NCBI GenBank assembly: GCA_039586795.1
Contig: JBDHJS010000009.1
Coordinates: 37,349-101,348 of the forward strand
Reading direction: 5' to 3'
DNA length: 64,000 nt
Source: Gemmatimonadota bacterium
GTDB lineage: Bacteria; Gemmatimonadota; Gemmatimonadetes; Palauibacterales; KS3-K002
The notes beneath the pieces were generated by a model. It saw only the letters and a program-made list of their open reading frames with translations, searched no databases and had not been told where the DNA came from. The translations under genes were made by a program, and so were the position numbers. Positions 10,087 through 17,736 of the stretch are shown piece by piece; positions within the stretch are counted from its first letter, which is position 1, and the number at the start of each line of letters is the position of its first letter.

Positions 10087-12137
10087 TGCGCGAGAGATGG
10101 GGCCTGGATGAACGAGTCACGAGCTTTGCCCTGAGCCTTATGGCTCTGGTCTTAGCGGCTCTGACCTTCTTGCCATGGTCCGTCTGGATCGGAACGATTC
10201 GCCCAGAGGAGCTGGCCGCCTATCAAGTCACCGTTCGCGGCTGGCTGATATTCATCGCGATCGCCGCACCCGCCGCAGTGCTGTTGTCCGTAGTTCGTGG
10301 TCGCGCAATCGATGCGCGGTTCAACGCAGCTATATCGGCGTTCGTTTCGATTCCGTCGAAGCCCTTTGTCTTTGTCGCCGCGATCGTGATGAGCGTTGCG
10401 GGCGCTCTACTGTCGCGTCTGTTGTTCGCGCACAACCCACACCTCGTCGATACCATCGCCCAACTCTTTCAGGCGCGCATCTTCGCCGCCGGTTCGTTTA
10501 CCGCGCCGGCGCCACCCCAGATGGAATTCTTCGCAGCCAGTCACCTCGTAGAACACGCCGGGCGTTGGTTCTCGCAGTATCCGCCCGGCCACCCGGCGTT
10601 GCTCGCCGTCGGTATCATCGCCGGCATCCCTTGGGTAGTGAATCCTCTGTTCGCCGCCGGTACCGTGGTGCTGGTGTGCGAGACGGGGCGCCGGCTGCTG
10701 GGCGAAGGAAGCGGAAGGCTGGCGGCGATGCTCTACCTGGTGTCGCCTTTCGTGATCATGATGAGCGCAAGCTACATGAATCACGTGACGACGGGTTTCT
10801 TTCTGGCGTTGGGGTTCTATTCCGTCGTTCGCTCCATCGACGAGGGTGGATACGCCTGGCCCGCAATTGCCGGCGGCTCGCTCGCGTTCGCGATGACGAT
10901 TCGACCACTGGAATCTGTCGCTTGGGCGGTCGTCTTGGGCAGTTGGATCTTGGCGCGACGCGGTCTGAAGCCAGCGCTCGTGACAACGGTGGTGTGCGCG
11001 ATTGGGCTGCTTCCGCTTCTTGCCTACAACGCGCTTACGGTAGGACACCCGCTTCGCTTCGGCTACACGTTGCTGTGGGGAAGCGAGCATGGTCTCGGAT
11101 TCCACACCGACCCTTGGGGCAATGCGTTTACGCCGCTCCTTTCCTTCGCCAACACGGCGCTCGATTTCCAGCGACTCAACGACTACCTGTTAGGCTGGCC
11201 TCTCCCGTCTCTGGTTTTCATCCTCGCCGCCATTGCCGGCGCTATTCGATACCAGCGTGCGCGTTCGACTTCCGTACCGTTGCTGCTCCTGCTGTTCGCC
11301 GGCCCTGTAGCCTACTTCTTCTATTGGCATCGGGACGACTATCTCGGGCCACGGTTTCTGTATTCCTCGGTAGTTCCCGCGGTGTTACTGACGGCGATGG
11401 GGATTGCGGCCCTCGATCGTTGGGCTGGCCGTTGGCGACCGGCATATCGGCTCTTGCTCATCGCCGGCGCTTTCTATGGCCTTGTTCTCACCGTACCCGA
11501 GCGGGCCGGGGTGATCTCGGGTCTCGAGGGCGAGATGAAACTGCACCCGGAAGCTCAGGTGGCCGAGCAGGGAATCGAGGATGGGGTCGTCTTCGTGAAG
11601 GTCAGTTGGGGTAGCCGACTGATCGGTCGTCTCTGGGGGTGGCGGGTGCCGGCATCCGAGGTCGAGCAATCCTTCCGCGTCGTCGACGGCTGTCGAATCC
11701 AGATGGCGCTGGATACGGCCGACTCGCTGGCCGCCTCGGGCGCCGATTCGGCCCGCGTCCTCACCGGGCTCAGATCACAGCTCGACGAGTGGCGCCAGGA
11801 CTCCCTTACCGTGATCAGAGGCCTGTTGCCGGACCCAAGTGTGCGAGCCGATACGACACGTGACCTGGAACCTCGTTGCCGACTGGAAGCTGGTGCGGAT
11901 CGTTCCGGCTTCACGCTCTACGAGACCCTGATCTGGAGGAACGATCCATCGTTGGAGCGCGGAACGATATTCGCCCGGTTCTTGGAGCCGGAACGCAACC
12001 GGGCGCTGCTCCAGCGTTATCCCGGGCGTGACGTCTACTTGTATGCCCCACTGACCGCAGAGCGCGGCGAGCTTCCTCGCTTGCTGCGACTCGAGCTGAA
12101 TGAGCCACCACCGCCGGGAAGCGAGGCGGGCGAGTGA
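10086..12137 (+). CDS. Multi-TM GT-C-fold glycosyltransferase with C-terminal extracytoplasmic domain
   Basis: GTG overlapping the upstream stop; PHLVDTIAQLFQA, WFSQYPPGHP, TIRPLE, YNALTVGHP, GPRFLY. Confidence 0.72.
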   Translation: MRERWGLDERVTSFALSLMALVLAALTFLPWSVWIGTIRPEELAAYQVTVRGWLIFIAIAAPAAVLLSVVRGRAIDARFNAAISAFVSIPSKPFVFVAAIVMSVAGALLSRLLFAHNPHLVDTIAQLFQARIFAAGSFTAPAPPQMEFFAASHLVEHAGRWFSQYPPGHPALLAVGIIAGIPWVVNPLFAAGTVVLVCETGRRLLGEGSGRLAAMLYLVSPFVIMMSASYMNHVTTGFFLALGFYSVVRSIDEGGYAWPAIAGGSLAFAMTIRPLESVAWAVVLGSWILARRGLKPALVTTVVCAIGLLPLLAYNALTVGHPLRFGYTLLWGSEHGLGFHTDPWGNAFTPLLSFANTALDFQRLNDYLLGWPLPSLVFILAAIAGAIRYQRARSTSVPLLLLLFAGPVAYFFYWHRDDYLGPRFLYSSVVPAVLLTAMGIAALDRWAGRWRPAYRLLLIAGAFYGLVLTVPERAGVISGLEGEMKLHPEAQVAEQGIEDGVVFVKVSWGSRLIGRLWGWRVPASEVEQSFRVVDGCRIQMALDTADSLAASGADSARVLTGLRSQLDEWRQDSLTVIRGLLPDPSVRADTTRDLEPRCRLEAGADRSGFTLYETLIWRNDPSLERGTIFARFLEPERNRALLQRYPGRDVYLYAPLTAERGELPRLLRLELNEPPPPGSEAGE

Positions 12138-13810
12138 TGCCGCAGAACTTCGCGGACCGGAAGCAGAGGCTGGCGCTCGCCATATTGGTTGGCGCCGTGG
12201 TCGCGGCGGTTGGGGTCTGGGCACAGAACGACGCGCTCGTCGGCGTCAACTACGACGATGCGATCTACGCCTCCCTCGCCCGATCGCTGGTGCAGGGTGA
12301 CGGCTATCGTCTGACGTACACGCCAACGGACGTGCCGGGCATCAAGTATCCGCCCGTGTACCCAATAAGCCTGATACCGTTCTGGGAACTTGCAGGTTCG
12401 CCCAATTCCGCCTTTCGGGCCATGAAAATCGCAAACGGGATCTACATGGGGATCGCTGCGGCGCTCTTTGTGATTCTGCTGATCGAGCTCGGCCTCCTAT
12501 CGGCACCGCTCGCTTCCCTCGTCGGGCTCCTCAGCTTTGTTTCGGGCTCGATGATGCTGGTGACAGCAGGCGTACTTTCTGAGCCGCTCTATCTGATCCT
12601 GCTATTCGCAACACTCCTCTTGGCCGATCGCACCCAAAAGGAAGCCGCGGACAGAAGGCTCGTCTTGGTGGCCCTGCTTGCAGCCGTCGTCGTACTCACC
12701 CGAATGATCGGAATCACACTTGCTGCTGCTGTGTTGACTGCGATTTGGCTGCGTTGCGGCAGGCGCGGTGTGCTTGTGGGCTCGGTAGCTCTCGCGGCAG
12801 TCGTCGGAGCCTGGCTGGCGTTCACGATTGCGGCGGCACAGCAGATCCCGGGGCCACTCGTGCCGCGCTACGGCTCATACGCGCAGCTGTACCTATCAGG
12901 TGTTGCGGGCTCTCCGTCCGTCGCTCTGGACGTCGCCGCCACAAACGTGGGCGCGATTCTGCAATCGCTCGGCATGAAGCTGGCGCCACGGGTCGGAGCT
13001 ACCGCGCAGGCGGCGACCGGTGTGCTGTTTCTTGTCCTCGTGGTCTTAGGGGCGCGAAAGTCGTTCGACTCTGCGCCAGCGACGGTGCTCTACCCCGTCT
13101 TCTACCTTGTTTTGATCTCGACCTGGACCTTTCCGCCGTTTCGGTTCGTCTTCGCGCTCTACCCGCTACTCCTTGCCTTTGCGGTTGTGGGCACGCTGCA
13201 ACTGGCGGATTGGTCGGTGAAGACTGCGGCCCGTAGTCGCAACAGCTGGGTAGCGTCGCGTTGTTTGTGGTGGCGCTACGCTGTTCTTGGGTTGGCGGTG
13301 CTGCTCGCCCTCGACCTAGGATACCGCGAGGTGCGGTCGGTGTCGCGTCGGGTTTGGGACGGCGCCGAGATCGCGAAATCTCAGGTCACCTGGGAGCTGA
13401 TCGAGTGGGTTGCTGGACATACGAGTACCGACGATGTCATCGCCTACGAGTTCGACCCGATGCTGGCTCTTTATACAGGTCGGACGACAATCCCCAACAA
13501 CTACGAGCCACTCCACGTCTGGTATCGCCGGGCCCCCGAACCCGTCGAACGGTTAGCCGAGCTTTATCGTGAGATGGGAGCAGATTACGTGGCGGTGAGA
13601 GGCGACGTGACCGTGGCGGTCGCGCCTATCGATGCGCTAATGGGTGAGTATCCCGAGGCGCTGGAGGTCGTCCACGTAACGCCGGGCGGCGTTGTCATCC
13701 TGAAAGTAGATGCGGAAGCTCTGGCGGCGAACGATGCGCAGGGTGGAGTGAACGGTTCAGATCAAACGGAGTTTAACGCGAGGAGTGATGGTGAATCTGG
13801 AGTTCGATGA
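12137..13810 (+). CDS. Multi-TM GT-C-fold glycosyltransferase
   Basis: TGATG overlap with the upstream gene; GVNYDDAIYASLARSL, KYPPVYP, LSEPLY, LTRMIG, FRFVFALYP. Confidence 0.75.
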   Translation: MPQNFADRKQRLALAILVGAVVAAVGVWAQNDALVGVNYDDAIYASLARSLVQGDGYRLTYTPTDVPGIKYPPVYPISLIPFWELAGSPNSAFRAMKIANGIYMGIAAALFVILLIELGLLSAPLASLVGLLSFVSGSMMLVTAGVLSEPLYLILLFATLLLADRTQKEAADRRLVLVALLAAVVVLTRMIGITLAAAVLTAIWLRCGRRGVLVGSVALAAVVGAWLAFTIAAAQQIPGPLVPRYGSYAQLYLSGVAGSPSVALDVAATNVGAILQSLGMKLAPRVGATAQAATGVLFLVLVVLGARKSFDSAPATVLYPVFYLVLISTWTFPPFRFVFALYPLLLAFAVVGTLQLADWSVKTAARSRNSWVASRCLWWRYAVLGLAVLLALDLGYREVRSVSRRVWDGAEIAKSQVTWELIEWVAGHTSTDDVIAYEFDPMLALYTGRTTIPNNYEPLHVWYRRAPEPVERLAELYREMGADYVAVRGDVTVAVAPIDALMGEYPEALEVVHVTPGGVVILKVDAEALAANDAQGGVNGSDQTEFNARSDGESGVR

Positions 13811-15626
13811 GAGCCGCGCCAGGAAGCTAGGGATAGCTGCTGTAGCACTGGCAGCGATTCTCGTCTACCTGAACTCGCTTGCTAACGGGTTCGCGTACGA
13901 CGATGTATGGGTAATCCGGGACCGAGATGTCGTCCACGACATCGGAAGCCTCTGGCAGATCATCTCGATCGAGTACTGGCCCGAGATCTTTCAGTCCGGT
14001 CTCTACCGGCCGCTTACCCTGCTGAGCTTTGCCATCGACTGGGCGTTGTGGGGTGGCAGTCCGTTCGGCTTCCACCTGCTCAATGTGCTCCTCCATGCCG
14101 TGGCCAGCAGTCTAGTCTTCGTCCTGCTCATGCGCTTTTTCCCGTGGTGGGGAGCGTTGGTCGGAGGCCTGGTCTTTGCTGTTCACCCCGTCCACACAGA
14201 GGCAGTGGCGAACATCGTCGGTCGTGGCGAGTTGCTAGCCGCCGTTTGGATGCTTTGGGCGACGCTGATCTACATTCGTGCCGCACGCGGTACGGGCATC
14301 ACGGCGGTTACCGTAGCAGCCATCGCGGCCCTCTATGCCCTTGCAGGATTCTCGAAAGAGGGCGGTGTGGTGCTGCCCGGGCTGCTACTGGCCACTGACC
14401 TACCGTTACTGGCGCGCCGCCAGTTGGGTTCATTTCGCGAATACGTTCGCTCGAGATTTCCGCTGCTCGCCGCACTCACGGTGGTTCTCGCACTTCTGTT
14501 GGTTGCCCGTTGGGCGGTATTGGGCGCTGCGGTTGAGAATGTGCCGGATCCGGTCTTCGCCATCGATCACAGCTTCCCAACCCGCTTCTTTACCATGGCT
14601 CGTGTGTGGCCACGGTACCTTGAGCTGCTCATCGCGCCGCTTCAACTCTCGGCCGACTACGGCCCGGCGATCATCCTTCCCGTCAAGTCGATCACTGTCC
14701 TGGGCCTCGCCGGTATCCTCGCGGTCGTAACGCTCGGAGCGATCGCTGTCGCGTTCTTTCGCCGTGCGCCCGAGTTTGCCATGGCGCTCGCCTGGTTTGC
14801 GGTCGCGATTGCGCCCGTCACCAATCTGTTATTCGTAGCGGAAATCATTCTGGCCGAGCGGACTCTCTACACGCCGTCAGTCGCACTTTCATTCATCGTC
14901 GCTTTACTGGTTGTCAAAGCGCGTCCTGCCATGCGACGCTCAGTTCTAGCCCTGGCCCTGCTGTGGGTCGTCGGTTTCTCCATCGTGACCGTGCGCCGCA
15001 ACCCGGTCTGGCACAGCACCGACACCGTCTTCGAGGAGCTCAGGCGCACGCACCCGGAGTCGGTACGCTTGCTGTTCGGAGTGGCCAGCCAGCTCATGCG
15101 AAACGGCCAGTGGGAGGAAGCGCGCTATTGGTTCAGACGCGCGATGGAGATATGGCCGCACCACGGCCCGTACCTCGTCGAGTTCGCTTTCTACCTCTAT
15201 CAGCGTCGCGAATACCAGGAAGCAGACGAGTTGGTCTCTCGGGCCGTCGCAGACGAGCCGCGACAAAGAGACTGGAACCGATTCCTGATCGCCATCCGCA
15301 TGAGCGCCGAGGACTGGGATAGAGCCCTGCAGGCAATTCGGGCGGCGCTCCAGAACCTCGGTCCGGATGGTTTCCTTTACCTCATGCAGGGGGAGGCGCT
15401 CGCCCAGCTTGGCCGCTACTCCGAGGCACTGGAAGCGCACGAGGCGGCGGTCCGGATTTACGGTGAAGATTCGACGTGGGAAACGAGGTTGATGCTGGCC
15501 CTGCTCAGGGCCGCTGCCGGCGACACCGCGACCGCGCTTTCCGATTTGCGCTGGGCTAGGGAGGCGCCGGATGCCCGGATAGAGGTCGCCGATTCTCTCG
15601 AGGCGGCGTGGACGGGCGTAAGATGA
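13788..15626 (+). CDS. TMTC-like (DUF1736 + TPR) protein O-mannosyltransferase homologue
   Basis: YLNSL.NGFAYDD, YRPLTLLSF, FHLLNVLLH, FAVHPVHTEAVANIVGR, SKE, P.QLSADY, AERTLYTPS, RNPVW, then TPR-like helical repeats. Confidence 0.85.
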   Translation: MVNLEFDESRARKLGIAAVALAAILVYLNSLANGFAYDDVWVIRDRDVVHDIGSLWQIISIEYWPEIFQSGLYRPLTLLSFAIDWALWGGSPFGFHLLNVLLHAVASSLVFVLLMRFFPWWGALVGGLVFAVHPVHTEAVANIVGRGELLAAVWMLWATLIYIRAARGTGITAVTVAAIAALYALAGFSKEGGVVLPGLLLATDLPLLARRQLGSFREYVRSRFPLLAALTVVLALLLVARWAVLGAAVENVPDPVFAIDHSFPTRFFTMARVWPRYLELLIAPLQLSADYGPAIILPVKSITVLGLAGILAVVTLGAIAVAFFRRAPEFAMALAWFAVAIAPVTNLLFVAEIILAERTLYTPSVALSFIVALLVVKARPAMRRSVLALALLWVVGFSIVTVRRNPVWHSTDTVFEELRRTHPESVRLLFGVASQLMRNGQWEEARYWFRRAMEIWPHHGPYLVEFAFYLYQRREYQEADELVSRAVADEPRQRDWNRFLIAIRMSAEDWDRALQAIRAALQNLGPDGFLYLMQGEALAQLGRYSEALEAHEAAVRIYGEDSTWETRLMLALLRAAAGDTATALSDLRWAREAPDARIEVADSLEAAWTGVR

Positions 15627-15775
15627 TTTACTGCAAGCACTTACACGAAGCGTACAATCCTATCGGCCTATCGCATACCTCGATTGCGTCCTGCCAGTAG
15701 CCTTGCAGAATGCGGCTCTAAGCAAGGGCTTTTGGAGCCGTCCAGGTGGCTTTTCAGGGGGGGTAATCTGTTGTG

Positions 15776-15822
15776 TCTCAAGCAGTTGGCTCAGTCGGAC
15801 CGAAAATGGCCCCAAGTTTGCC
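15776..15822 (+). promoter_or_regulatory. Sigma54 (-24/-12) promoter of pilA with an upstream IHF-like site
   Basis: TGGCCCCAAGTTTGCC at 15807-15822 (GG 15808-9, GC 15820-21, canonical spacing); TCTCAAGCAGTTG at 15776-15788 is one mismatch from WATCAANNNNTTR. Confidence 0.75.
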
Positions 15823-15881
15823 ACCTAGTTGACGGTGACAAAGAAGTGTCTACCCGCGGGAGAAACACAAGGAGGAACGAG

Positions 15882-16271
15882 ATGTTGCGGAGTTCAAAGG
15901 GTTTCACACTGATCGAGCTTCTGATCGTGGTCGTGATTATCGGCATTCTTGCCGCGATCGCGATCCCGAAGTTCGCCAACACGAAGGAGAAGGCCTACGT
16001 ATCGGCCATGAAGTCGGACCTTCGTAACTTGGCTGCGGCTGAGGAGGCGTACTTCGCCGACTACCTGACGTACACGACCAGCACGGCGAACCTGGACTTC
16101 AACCAGACGAACCAGGTTACGATCACGATCGGTACGGGCACGGCGAGCGGCTGGGCCGCGACCGCCGGGCACTCCGGTGTGAGCAACACGGCGACGGACG
16201 TGTGCGAGCTCTACTACGGTGGTGCTTCAGGCTCGACGGCTACCTCCGAAGGTGTGGTGGCCTGCGGCTGA
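15882..16271 (+). CDS. pilA: Major type IVa pilin
   Basis: AGGAGG SD; MLRSSKG|FTLIELLIVVVIIGILAAIAIP class III signal with E5 and P22; C-terminal Cys pair; own promoter and terminator. Confidence 0.93.
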   Translation: MLRSSKGFTLIELLIVVVIIGILAAIAIPKFANTKEKAYVSAMKSDLRNLAAAEEAYFADYLTYTTSTANLDFNQTNQVTITIGTGTASGWAATAGHSGVSNTATDVCELYYGGASGSTATSEGVVACG

Positions 16272-16295
16272 CGAGTGCAGCCCAGTGTAAGCACA

Positions 16296-16332
16296 AGGGT
16301 AGCGCGGAGGGGTACCTCCGCGCTATTCTTTT
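16296..16332 (+). terminator. Intrinsic terminator after pilA
   Basis: AGGGTAGCGCGGAGG-GGTA-CCTCCGCGCTATTCT followed by a T-run. Confidence 0.85.
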
Positions 16333-16384
16333 ATAGCTACCCCCGCTGCGTCGGGCTCCGCCCGGCTCAGGATTCCCCACAAAT

Positions 16385-17665
16385 GTGAACCCCCCGCCGG
16401 AAGCAACGGTGAAATCAGTAGGTTCTCTGCAACGTGAGCTGACTGTCGCACTAGCGACCTTGCTCGTCGCCGCCTTGGGGCTGGCGGCCGTGGCGGTACT
16501 GCTATGGCTACCGGTAGGCGGATCGGTGAGCAGTGTCGTCGTGTTCCTTGGCGCTTTGGTGGCCGTGGACGTGGTTCTGTTTGTGGTATTTGGCAACTAC
16601 GTGCTGCGTCAGATCATCCTCAAGCCGGTGCGGGCCCTCTTGCATGGCTCGGAGGCCATCGCCCGAGAAGACTACTCTAAGCGTATCCGCCTGGACGGCG
16701 CTCCGGAGCTGACGCGTCTGGCGGCGGCGATCAACGAGATCGCGCAGAAGCTGACTCAGAACCAGAAACGACTAAGCGACAACATTCAATCGCTCAACGA
16801 AGTCAACCGGGCACTGACCGAGGCGCGGGATGAGCTGGTTAGGGCGGAGAAGCTGGCCTCCGCAGGCCAGTTGGCAGCAGGCATCGCGCACGAGATCGGG
16901 AACCCGCTTGGTGCCATACTAGGGTACTTGGAAGTCGCTGAGCGACGGCCAAAGCTAAGCCAGGATCTGCTGGATGATATGCGCCGTGAGGCCAGACGTA
17001 TTGACAGAATAGTCAAAGGCCTCTTGGATTACGCTCGGCCAAGGCAGCCGGCGCCGCGTCCCATCGAAGTGAACGAAGTGGTCAAGGGCGCCCTGGAGCT
17101 TGTGGAGTCTCAGGGCCACTTCAAGGAGATCGAGCTGCAACTTGATCTCAACCCGGTGGAGGCCACGGTGCACGCCGACCCGCACCAGCTCGAGCAGATA
17201 ATGGTGAACCTTCTGCTCAATGCGGCACAGGCTGCCGATGGTGCCGCCGGTCGTGTGATCAAGGTTTCGACGGACACGATCCCCTACTCGGGAATGGCAC
17301 CTCCGTCGCGCCGTCGCGATGATCCGGCCGGGATCGACTATTCGCATCTGCGGCGCCTGCAGGCGCGGCGCGAGGGGCTGACACCGCCGCCGTTCTCCAG
17401 CGGCATGGAAGTGGTCCGAATTTCGGTGGCCGACAACGGCCCCGGGATCCCGCCGGAGATCATGGATAGGGTGTTCGACCCGTTCTTCAGCACCAAGGAG
17501 ACGGGGCAGGGAACGGGCCTGGGGCTTGCCGTTTCGGCAAGGCTCATCGAAGGGATGGGGGGTACGATTGCCGTCGATAGCCCCGCCGACATGGGCGTGA
17601 GATTCTCGGTTCTGCTGCCGGCGGCCCGCATGGAGCTCGTCGAGGCGAGCGTCGAAGTTGACTAG
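16385..17665 (+). CDS. HAMP-domain sensor histidine kinase (PilS2-like by position)
   Basis: Two TMs, HAMP, IAHEIGNPL, NLLLNA, DNGPGI, GTGLGL. Confidence 0.88.
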   Translation: MNPPPEATVKSVGSLQRELTVALATLLVAALGLAAVAVLLWLPVGGSVSSVVVFLGALVAVDVVLFVVFGNYVLRQIILKPVRALLHGSEAIAREDYSKRIRLDGAPELTRLAAAINEIAQKLTQNQKRLSDNIQSLNEVNRALTEARDELVRAEKLASAGQLAAGIAHEIGNPLGAILGYLEVAERRPKLSQDLLDDMRREARRIDRIVKGLLDYARPRQPAPRPIEVNEVVKGALELVESQGHFKEIELQLDLNPVEATVHADPHQLEQIMVNLLLNAAQAADGAAGRVIKVSTDTIPYSGMAPPSRRRDDPAGIDYSHLRRLQARREGLTPPPFSSGMEVVRISVADNGPGIPPEIMDRVFDPFFSTKETGQGTGLGLAVSARLIEGMGGTIAVDSPADMGVRFSVLLPAARMELVEASVEVD

Positions 17666-17736
17666 ATCGTCGATCCTGAGACACTAGAGGGTCGAGAATA
17701 GGAATCGACATACTGGCGAATCAAGGAATGAACTAA

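Noticed and set aside
10175..11614. 479-aa alternative-frame ORF inside a GT-C gene
   Set aside because: Arg-rich composition typical of off-frame GC-rich sequence
15684..15881. Extended N-terminus of pilA from the ORF track (similar extensions at 9792, 20698, 35373, 36854, 38442, 47727, 49853)
   Set aside because: SD sequences, gene overlaps and family N-termini support the shorter starts; the pilA extension covers its own promoter
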